DNA of 64,000 nucleotides from an uncultured Gemmatimonadaceae bacterium (GTDB lineage: Bacteria > Gemmatimonadota > Gemmatimonadetes > Gemmatimonadales > Gemmatimonadaceae), in assembly GCA_963761305.1 (NCBI GenBank), contig CAVXGK010000002.1, positions 352,001-416,000 of the forward strand, given 5' to 3'. The position numbers were made by a program, and so were the translations under genes. Within the stretch, counting starts at the first letter, position 1, and each line of letters begins with the position of its first letter. Positions 46,755 through 54,653 of this stretch are shown piece by piece. The notes under the pieces are model-generated. The model searched no databases. It was not told the origin of the DNA and saw only the letters and a program-made list of their open reading frames with translations.

Positions 46755-47069
46755 ATGCATGGATGGCCCGCGACTGTCGCTCTGTTCGACGCGCTGGCGG
46801 CTGCAGCTACGCCGGAAGCGCGCGCCCTGTCTCGCCGAGACCGCGCGCTGCTTCTGCGCGACGCTGTCTCTGCGGCCGTGGACGAGTTGCGCGCCGGTGG
46901 TCGGCCCTGCGTCCGCGTTCTGATGGTTGTTCGATCTCTCTCAGTCGCGGCGGGGTTCGATCAGCGGCGCGCGCCCGAGGCGATCGACGACATCGAGGCG
47001 TGGTGCGTCCAGCGGTACTACGCGCCCGAGCGACGCGTGGGAGAGCCGCGCGACACAAACGAACCATGA
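46755..47069 (+). CDS. Uncharacterised family copy 4
   Basis: WPAT...RDRALLLRDAVSAAVDELRAGGRPC...PEAIDDIEAWCVQRYY. Confidence 0.7.
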   Translation: MHGWPATVALFDALAAAATPEARALSRRDRALLLRDAVSAAVDELRAGGRPCVRVLMVVRSLSVAAGFDQRRAPEAIDDIEAWCVQRYYAPERRVGEPRDTNEP

Positions 47070-47450
47070 TGCCCGCGCGGGAAGGGGATGCGCGAATCGT
47101 CCACCGATCCGGTCATCCGTTCGCCACCACGAGCGGGTTGGTGAATGAGAGCCATAGGAATCCGGCGATGAGCGCGGAGGCCATCAGCGCGAGAGCCGCG
47201 ACCTGGATCCAGCGGAGCCGATTTGTCGACGTCACAGATGGCGCCCCGTCTTTGTTAACGGGCCGTCGCGCGCAGGGCCGCGCGGAGTGCGATGAACGAC
47301 GCCGCGCCAGCTCCAAACGCGATCGCAGTCTCGACCGCGGCAAGGTCTCTCATTCGGGTCATCATCTTGATAGACGCGGCACCGAGACTCGAGGCAAAGA
47401 TTCTTAGGGAGCGGACGTCGAACCCTTACCTAAACCCCTGGGAGGTTGCG

Positions 47451-47843
47451 ATGAGAGCAAAGGTTCTTCTTGTCCTGACGCTTGCGAACATGGCTCTGCT
47501 GGTGTTCTCGCTGGCTCAGACTCGCGTTGCCGCCGCGGCGAATGCCCAAGCGCCGGTCCTCCGGGGGCGGGCTCTCGAGATTGTCGACGACCAGGGGCGC
47601 GTTCGGTCGACCCTGACCGTGATCCCTGCGGACCCGAGGACGGGCTATCCGGAGACCGTGCTGCTGCGCCTCATCGACTCCAAGGGGCGTCCCAGCGTCA
47701 AGATCGCCGCCACGGAGGATGGGTCCGCGCTGGGCCTCGGTGGAGAGTCGGATCCGACTGGTATCTCAATGCTGGCTCGCGGAACGACGACATCCATCAA
47801 GCTGACCAACAAGGACGGGCACGAGCAGATGTACAAACCGTGA
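47451..47843 (+). CDS. Hypothetical secreted beta-rich protein
   Basis: GGAGG RBS; signal anchor; LRGRALEIVDDQGRVR and LxDxxGxP-type repeats. Confidence 0.7.
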   Translation: MRAKVLLVLTLANMALLVFSLAQTRVAAAANAQAPVLRGRALEIVDDQGRVRSTLTVIPADPRTGYPETVLLRLIDSKGRPSVKIAATEDGSALGLGGESDPTGISMLARGTTTSIKLTNKDGHEQMYKP

Positions 47844-47906
47844 TCGTTAAGAAGCACCCGCGGACTAGGACGCCATGAGCAGTCTGCGTTGACCACGGAG
47901 GTTGGG

Positions 47907-48473
47907 TCAGGCTTTCCAATGGCCCTCGACAAAGAACCATCCGCGCTTCTCGTGCTCCCAGCGCCCGTCCACCCATGCGTGGAACCCGGGCTCGGGCCGC
48001 GCCCAGTGGCCTGCAATCCATTCGAACTCCCCATTACGAGAACCCCAATAGCCCTTGATCCACACGTGCTCCGGACTCGGTCGTGCCACGATGACCTCGT
48101 CTCGCACCGGGGGCGGCCGGCGGGCGACATAGACGACCGGTTCGACGCGTCCTTCGACGAAGTACCAGCCCCGCGGCTCGTGCACCCAGTGGCCAGCCAC
48201 CCATCGCTCTCCGGGCTCGAGCCGGCGCCAGTGTCCCGGCGACCACTCGTACTCGCGCCGATTGGCGAGCCATACCCAGTGTCCCTGCACCCAGATGTGG
48301 TCATCGCCGGGGGCTGCGGCGATCAGCTCCACGCGCGCCGGCGGGGGCTCGCGATCGACATAGACGACCTCCATCCGCGGCGGCGGGGCGACCGGTCTCA
48401 CCGTCGCCACGCATGCGGAGCAAATGAGGCTCGACGCGACGACGGTGCTCAAAATGTGGCCCTTTTGAATCAT
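47907..48473 (-). CDS. YXWGXW-repeat lipoprotein
   Basis: Lipobox-like CSAC; repeated WxxG(H/Y/R)W units separated by Pro-rich linkers. Confidence 0.8.
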   Translation of the reverse strand: MIQKGHILSTVVASSLICSACVATVRPVAPPPRMEVVYVDREPPPARVELIAAAPGDDHIWVQGHWVWLANRREYEWSPGHWRRLEPGERWVAGHWVHEPRGWYFVEGRVEPVVYVARRPPPVRDEVIVARPSPEHVWIKGYWGSRNGEFEWIAGHWARPEPGFHAWVDGRWEHEKRGWFFVEGHWKA

Positions 48474-48700
48474 CGCCGACTCCGGTTGGCGTCCTCGTGT
48501 GTGACGGCGCATCCCAGCGGGCGGTAACCCGGCTAGTGGCGTCTTGACGCGAACCGCTCGAGTGAATGGATCCCGAAGAATCGGCGAACGTCGGCCCGAA
48601 CTCAGAACGGGAGTACCCGGATCGACGCGAGATCGTCCTGCCGAGTGAGCGTTCGCTGTATTGGCGACCGTGCGTCCTCAGCCAATGCGAGAGTCAGTCC

Positions 48701-49207
48701 ATGCCCGCTGAAACCCAACTGACGCGCCGCTCCGCGTTCTGGATGGGCGTCCTCTTTTTCGGCTGCGGCGTCCCGCCGGTGTTGGGCGCCCTGCGAGTCC
48801 TCCCTGTGCACACGTCGGCGGGAGTCCCGACCTGGATGGGCGTCGCGGCCGGCGTGGCGTTTCTCCTCGCCGGCGTACTCCTCTTCGCCGACTCCGCCGC
48901 GGGCGGCACCAACGCCGACGGATCGATGCCCGCCGCCGCGCCGGCGTATCTCCGACACATTCAAACGGTCGCCGGCATGGCGATCGTCTTGCTGCTGGCG
49001 GTGATGTTGACGTGGATCGCGTTCGGCAGGGGAGAGCGCCACTTCTCGTCGACGATCACGCTGCCGTTCCTCGCGTATCGACCGCGCAACAGCGAGCTGC
49101 CCGGACGAATCGCGTTCGGGATCGGGGCGTCTCTCATCTGGCTCGTGTTGATCTTGGGGACCGGAACCGCGCTCAAGAAACACCTCGCTCGTCTGCGCTC
49201 CGCGTAG
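48701..49207 (+). CDS. Hypothetical membrane protein (about 4 TM)
   Basis: Four hydrophobic segments after ATG 48701. Confidence 0.6.
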   Translation: MPAETQLTRRSAFWMGVLFFGCGVPPVLGALRVLPVHTSAGVPTWMGVAAGVAFLLAGVLLFADSAAGGTNADGSMPAAAPAYLRHIQTVAGMAIVLLLAVMLTWIAFGRGERHFSSTITLPFLAYRPRNSELPGRIAFGIGASLIWLVLILGTGTALKKHLARLRSA

Positions 49208-50065
49208 CGATCGACGCCACCCGACCGGTTTGCACGTCCACCGCACCGGATACACGCGGACGACGCACTGGATGGCGCGTCCACGCCACCATTCCGCGTC
49301 GATCGCCGCACTTTCGCCGCGAGTGCCGCTGCTCGACCGACCGTCCGCCGGACCGGTCGCTTCGGTCGCCGATTTGGTTGCGCCGGTCACCGCATTCGAC
49401 GCGCCGGCCAGTCGACCGGTCGCGACGGTCAGCGCATCGGACGAGACACCCACTCGACCCGTCGCGACGATCAACGCCTCGGAACCTGCGGCCACCGCAC
49501 CGGTCGAAACCCGCCAGCCGACTTGCGATTGCGATCGCCGATGCGTTCAACCACCGACACTCGGCCGGAACGCACGATCACCGCACTGGTCACAGCAGCC
49601 GTCGCTTCGGGTAAAGCGGTTATTTCAGCAGTTGGCTCGGTCGCCGGCCGTTCCTGTTCGTACATCCAACTTGTCTCATCGATCAACCGATCGCCGCCAA
49701 AGAAAAGTTCATCGCCGCCGGCGACGAGGCGGGTTTACGGAGCGCCCGGCTGACCGTACCGGTCGACGGACATGACCGGTTTCGGCGAAGAGATCATCAC
49801 GCACATCGCGTGAAGTCGCTGCTCTCATCGGACGATTCGACCGGTTGGCGCCAAGAGTTCATCGGAAACACAGAGCGGATCACCGCACTTCACCGCTCGG
49901 AAAAGTCGACTCACCCCCGAGGTTTCCGTTCACACTGGAAGCATTGGTGAACTCACTGCACGGTTCACTGCCAACACCGCCGAGTTCACCGTCTCACACT
50001 GCCCGACGAATCGATCACAGGGCGTGAGTGCTTTCCCGTCCTCCCCATCGCCCACGGATTTTAGT

Positions 50066-50277
50066 CGACATCGTCCCCTCTACTTGGGTTTATCCGCGGA
50101 CGGCATTTTGACTATATATCAATTTATTCCAGTTCTCTCGACTCGCGATTGAGCGGCTTAACTGATGCTCGCCGCTCACGCGAACGTCGACGATGACGAA
50201 AACAACCGCCGACGACGGTTACGGGATGTAGCTAAATCCCGGGTCGCGGATAAACCCATATAGGGGGACTGATATCG
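50066..50277. repeat. Inverted-repeat-bounded element A
   Basis: Arms 50066-50117 and 50226-50277 are imperfect reverse complements (shared core TGGGTTTATCCGCG); nested inner stem TGAGCGGC/GCCGCTCA. Confidence 0.7.
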
Positions 50278-50422
50278 CGAGTTCTCCCGGCCGCGGCCCC
50301 GCGTAGCGAGCGGTGACATATCCACCGCCTTTCGGACTGATGCTGACGCCGTCGCTGCCGCCTAGAGTCTCTATTCGCACAGCGACCCCCATCAAGCCAC
50401 GATCGCTTCGCCCGCGACCTTG

Positions 50423-50657
50423 CGACACGCGCCCCTCTACTTGGGTATTATCGCCGACCCGTGTTTCGGGTACCTCGCACCCTTCGGAAAACACCCGAAA
50501 TTGTCAGCTTTTCGTCAGCACGGCGATCGGCTGACAATCGGCTGACAGGGTTTTTCAGTAGACATTCTCGATTGCTAGTTTAGAAAAGCGTATCACAACG
50601 CCACAGGTACCCGAAATGGCGGTCGGCGATAATACCCAAGTAGGAGGGCTCGTGTCG
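50423..50657. repeat. Inverted-repeat-bounded element B
   Basis: 53-bp arms 50423-50475 and 50605-50657, 46/53 identical by manual alignment, with identical core CTACTTGGGTATTATCGCCGACC. Confidence 0.85.
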
Positions 50658-50946
50658 ACGACAATCTCGCCCCGACTCGCAGCGCCGCCACGCCGATCCG
50701 TTCCTTGGCGCGCGTGCGCGGGCCCGCGGGCCCGGGGGCTCGGAGTGGGACTGTCCTCCGCGGACCGCTTGCAGTATTGCCGAAACTGCCTGGCAATACT
50801 GCAACGGCTCCGCTCCGGACAGCCCCACCCGCTCGCCCCCTCGAATCGGCGAACGACGGACTGCGAGTGGCGTCGGCTGCGCGTCGCGTTCACCGGCGCG
50901 CGCGTGACACCGACCGCCGACGTCACGCGCGCTTGCGCCCCAGGCG

Positions 50947-51024
50947 GCTCGGGCGCGTGAACAACAGCTCGGGCGCGTGACGACCCGACAGCTCGGGCGC
51001 GTGAACGACAGCTCGGGCGCGTGA
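50947..51024. repeat. Short tandem repeat, 4 x GCTCGGGCGCGTGA
   Basis: Copies start at 50947, 50967, 50991 and 51011 (periods 20, 24, 20). Confidence 0.9.
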
Positions 51025-51052
51025 ACGTCAGCCCGGCCCGGCCGCGTAGCGA

Positions 51053-51718
51053 TCAGCCCGTCGCCGCCGCGCGAAACTCCGCCGGTCGCTCGCGGCGCGC
51101 CGATGCCAGCGCAGCCTGCGCTGCGTCGGAGTTCAGATCGGCGCCGTAGACCGGCGTGCCCGGCTGCTGCCGCCAGGAATCGGCCAGCGTGCCCGTGTCG
51201 ACCCCGTCGAATCCCAGCTCATCGATCAACTTGATCACGACGGCTTTGGCCGACGCGTCGTCGCCGGCGACGGGAAGCGCGATGCGTCCCGACTGATCGG
51301 CCGCGCGGCCGCGCTCGAGCAGATGCTGCGCGTAGATCGTATTGAACGCCTTCACGACCGGCCGGCCGAGCTGCTGCGCGACCCACTGGCTCTCAGGCGT
51401 GCCGTCTTCGATCGCGGCAATGCGGCCGTCGCGCTGGGGATAGTAGTTGCCGGTGTCGATGACGACTGGGTGATCCCCCGACTCGAACAAGTCTTTCGGC
51501 AGATCGCGAACATTCTTTTCGGGAATGGTGACGATCACCACGTCCTTGCCGTGCGCCGCTTCGCGCACCGTCGCTGCCTTGGCGCCCGATACCCCGACCA
51601 GCGCGGCCAGCGATTCAGGTCCTCTGGAATTCGCAATCGAGACGTCGTGGCCAAGCGCGCTCAGGCGACGCGCGAGCGTGCCGCCGATATGACCCGAACC
51701 GATGATGCCGATCTTCAT
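51053..51718 (-). CDS. NADP oxidoreductase, F420-dependent-like family
   Basis: GIIGSGHIG Rossmann motif, NSRGP, IDTGNYYP, VVKAFN, SWRQQPGTP; GGAGG RBS. Confidence 0.88.
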   Translation of the reverse strand: MKIGIIGSGHIGGTLARRLSALGHDVSIANSRGPESLAALVGVSGAKAATVREAAHGKDVVIVTIPEKNVRDLPKDLFESGDHPVVIDTGNYYPQRDGRIAAIEDGTPESQWVAQQLGRPVVKAFNTIYAQHLLERGRAADQSGRIALPVAGDDASAKAVVIKLIDELGFDGVDTGTLADSWRQQPGTPVYGADLNSDAAQAALASARRERPAEFRAAATG

Positions 51719-51838
51719 GTCATCCTCCGCAGAACGAGGGCTAGCCAATCGCTCCGCGGCGACGCCGCAATTTCCCGGCCCAGCTCAGCGCTCCGCGACG
51801 ACTAGTGGAGGAGCAGGGCAGTCAGGCCGCGACGCGCG

Positions 51839-52339
51839 TCAGTACACCGACTCCAGCGCCATGTCGAACACGAGCACCGTGTTCGGCGGGATGTCGGTGC
51901 CGGCGCCGCGCGCACCATAGCCCAGGTTCGGTGGAACGACGAGCCGGCGCTTGCCGCCAACGCGCATCCCGAGCAGACCCTCTTCCCAGGCGGCGATGGT
52001 CTGGTGCGACCCGAGCGCGACCGTGACCTCGCCGTCGTCGAACTGCTTGCCGTCGGCGCGCCACCCGGTGTAACGAACGACAGCGGTGCGGCCGCGAACG
52101 GCGATCGCTCCAGTGCCCGGGGTAAGCTCCTGCACGTAGAGCCCGGACGCGCGCTTGACCATTTGATCGAGGTGTACGCCGAGCGAGGGATTGAACTGTG
52201 TCAGCTCGACGTCGCCCGCGATCGGCTGGGGCAGGGTCGTCGCCGCAGCCGCGGGTCCGCCGCCACCGCCGCCGCACCCCGACGAAAGGACGGCGACCAG
52301 CGTCGACGCGAGCACGGCCAATCTCGGCCCGGAGTTCAT
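51839..52339 (-). CDS. FKBP-type peptidyl-prolyl isomerase (lipoprotein)
   Basis: Lipobox LSSGC; VRYTG, FD, GMRVGGKRRLVVPPNLGYG, IPPNTVLVF. Confidence 0.9.
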   Translation of the reverse strand: MNSGPRLAVLASTLVAVLSSGCGGGGGGPAAAATTLPQPIAGDVELTQFNPSLGVHLDQMVKRASGLYVQELTPGTGAIAVRGRTAVVRYTGWRADGKQFDDGEVTVALGSHQTIAAWEEGLLGMRVGGKRRLVVPPNLGYGARGAGTDIPPNTVLVFDMALESVY

Positions 52340-52405
52340 AGATTTCACGAGGTCCTCAGGCTCCTCACTGTTTCCGACTCTTCGATACTCCGACTCTTCG
52401 ATACG

Positions 52406-52891
52406 ATGACCGCAGTCGAATCTCGCGCCGTTCCCGCCGTAGGCCAAGAAGCGCCCGACTTCACGCTGCCGTCGACGTCCGGCGAGAAGGTGACCCTGTC
52501 GTCGCTGCGCGGCTCGCCCGTGTTGATCGCGTTCTTTCCGCTCGCGTTCACGAGCACCTGCACCGCCGAGTTCTGCGAGATGCGCGACGATCATGACCAG
52601 TTCGCGCGGCGCGGCGTCACGGTGCTTCCGATCTCCGTCGATTCGACGGACACGCTCAAGGAGTACCGGGCCAAGCACGGATTTCATGTCCACATGCTGA
52701 GCGATTTCCGGCGGGACGTGTCGCGCCTCTATGGAGTATTACTCGACGCCAAGTTCTACTCCAATCGCGCCTATTTCCTCTTGGACGCGCGGGGCACGAT
52801 TCGCTGGGAGCACGTCGAGAGCAACGCCAGCGACCGGCGCTTGGACGCCGAGTTATTTGACGCGATCGACGCGATCGTAAGTCATGGCTAA
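52406..52891 (+). CDS. Peroxiredoxin (AhpE/BCP-like)
   Basis: APDFTL, FFPLAFTSTCTAE (PxxxTxxC), ISVD, SDF, conserved Arg in NRAYF. Confidence 0.88.
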   Translation: MTAVESRAVPAVGQEAPDFTLPSTSGEKVTLSSLRGSPVLIAFFPLAFTSTCTAEFCEMRDDHDQFARRGVTVLPISVDSTDTLKEYRAKHGFHVHMLSDFRRDVSRLYGVLLDAKFYSNRAYFLLDARGTIRWEHVESNASDRRLDAELFDAIDAIVSHG

Positions 52892-53111
52892 ATAGGGGTT
52901 TGTTCTAAGCCACCGGAGACTGCGTCGAGGCGTAGTTTTCGGGGCCGGTCGGCGCACCACTCCCATGCGTTGCGCGGCGCGCTGGTGCGCGTCTAACGTG
53001 TGCAATCGGTCATCTTGTCCCGCCTCCCTCGACCGCTGCATCGCTGTGGCCTCTCCGTCCTCTCCAACTCCCAAGTCGCCGTCTCCGAGCGTGCGCCCTT
53101 CAGCGCCGCGC

Positions 53112-54653
53112 GTGAAACACCGACTCTCGATTCCCGTCCCGCGCACCCTCACCGCGCTGGCGGAGATCGCCGCGGCCGTCGCCACCGGCGAAACCGTGGG
53201 CGACGTCATACCGGGCGTGCTGTCGTCGGTCGCCGCGCAGTTGGACGGAACGCAAGCGACGCTGTGGCTGCGAGGGCTCGACGGTCTTCGCCGCGCATGG
53301 TCGGTCTCCCAGGATGCCACTTCCCCGGACGCCGTCGTGGCGCAGCTGGCGCTCGGCAGCCACGATTCGAGCGACGGGTTCGTCGCCGCGCGGCTTTTGG
53401 CGGGCCGTCAGGAGCTCGGCGCGCTGAGCGTCCGGCCGGGTCGCACGCTACTCGGCGAAGACACGCTGTTCATCTCCGCCGTCGCCGACCTGTTGGCCCC
53501 CGCGCTCCGCGACGCCGAGTATGCGCACCACCTCGAGTCCGAGGTGGCGGCGCGCACCCGCGAGATCGAGGCGCAGCGCCGCTTCACCGAAAAGATCATC
53601 GATTCGCTGCCCGTCGGTCTCTACGTGATCGACCGCTCGTATCGCATCCAGGCTTGGAACCGGAAACGCGAGATCGGCCTGCAAGGCGTGTCGCGCGAGG
53701 AGGCGATCGGCCGCACGATCTTCGAGATCCTGCACCGCCAGCCAGCAGAGCTGCTCCGCGGAGAGTTCGAGCGGGTATTCGAATCGGGTGAGATGCAGCA
53801 GTTCCCGATCGAGTCGAGCGCGTTCGGCGAGCCGCGTGCCTACCGGATCACCAAGATCCCGATGCACCTCGACGACAAGGATGTCTCGCACATCATCACG
53901 ATCGGCGAGGACATCACCGATTGGCGGCGCGCCGAGCAGCGCTTCGCGCAGGCCGAGAAGCTCGCCGCGATCGGCACGCTGGCGGCGGGCGTGATGCACG
54001 AGATCAACAATCCGCTGGCGACGATCGGCGCGTGCGCCGAAACGCTGTCGCTGGCGATCGACGAAGGCACGGTCGCCGTGCAGCGCGGCGGGGCGGAAGT
54101 GAAGGAATCCTTCTCGCTGATTCAGCAGGAAGTGCTTCGCTGCAAGGGCATCATCGACGGGCTGCTCGACTTCAGCCGGCCGAAACCGACCAACAAGACG
54201 GCCGTCGACGTGAACGCCGTGATCGAGAAGACGCTGCGACTCGTGAAGCACCACCCGCGCTTCCGCCGCGTGGCGGTGAGCGTGGACGGCGACACGACCA
54301 TCCGTCCGGTGCTCGGGAACGAGGAGCAACTGGTGCAGGTCTTTCTCGCGCTGCTCCTCAACGCGCTCGACGCCATGGAAGAGAAGGGCGTGATCTCGCT
54401 TCGCACGCGGAGCGACAACGGCGGCGCGACGACCGTCGCCGAAGTGATCGACCGCGGCCACGGCATCCGAAACACAGATCGCTCCAAGATCTTCGAGCCC
54501 TTCTTCACCACGAAGCCTCCGAGCCGCGGCACCGGGCTCGGACTGTCGATCTGCTACGCCATCGTCACCGAGCACGGCGGCCGCATCGAGGTCGACAGCA
54601 CGGTCGGCGAGGGCAGCGTGTTCCGCATTCTGCTGCCTGCGGGCGCCGCATGA
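53112..54653 (+). CDS. Cytoplasmic sensor histidine kinase (GAF-like, PAS, HisKA, HATPase); start uncertain
   Basis: AGVMHEINNPL, NALDA, DRGHGI, FEPFFTTK, GTGLGL. Confidence 0.88.
   Translation: MKHRLSIPVPRTLTALAEIAAAVATGETVGDVIPGVLSSVAAQLDGTQATLWLRGLDGLRRAWSVSQDATSPDAVVAQLALGSHDSSDGFVAARLLAGRQELGALSVRPGRTLLGEDTLFISAVADLLAPALRDAEYAHHLESEVAARTREIEAQRRFTEKIIDSLPVGLYVIDRSYRIQAWNRKREIGLQGVSREEAIGRTIFEILHRQPAELLRGEFERVFESGEMQQFPIESSAFGEPRAYRITKIPMHLDDKDVSHIITIGEDITDWRRAEQRFAQAEKLAAIGTLAAGVMHEINNPLATIGACAETLSLAIDEGTVAVQRGGAEVKESFSLIQQEVLRCKGIIDGLLDFSRPKPTNKTAVDVNAVIEKTLRLVKHHPRFRRVAVSVDGDTTIRPVLGNEEQLVQVFLALLLNALDAMEEKGVISLRTRSDNGGATTVAEVIDRGHGIRNTDRSKIFEPFFTTKPPSRGTGLGLSICYAIVTEHGGRIEVDSTVGEGSVFRILLPAGAA

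Larger units (their letters stand above)
35851..51050. mobile_element. Probable decayed accessory island downstream of tRNA-Ala (boundaries approximate; no integrase seen)
   Basis: Abrupt change from dense operons to small unrelated genes, fragments, long intergenic gaps and repeats; housekeeping-like genes resume at about 51.05 kb. Confidence 0.5.

Noticed and set aside
47113..47343. Small minus-strand ORF with one TM segment
   Set aside because: No RBS or recognisable motif; possibly a fragment but not supportable.
48602..49775. ORFs 48602-49495 (-) and 49230-49775 (+) as real genes
   Set aside because: Low-complexity translations of the periodic tract, one overlapping a better-supported membrane protein gene.
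50621..50650. dif/Xer site (GTCGGCGATAA-TACCCA-AGTAGGAGGGC)
   Set aside because: The left arm is only vaguely XerC-like and the right arm does not resemble the conserved XerD arm TTATGTTAAAT.
50947..51024. Possible CRISPR array
   Set aside because: Repeat is 14 bp with 6-10-nt similar linkers, and there are no cas genes in the window.
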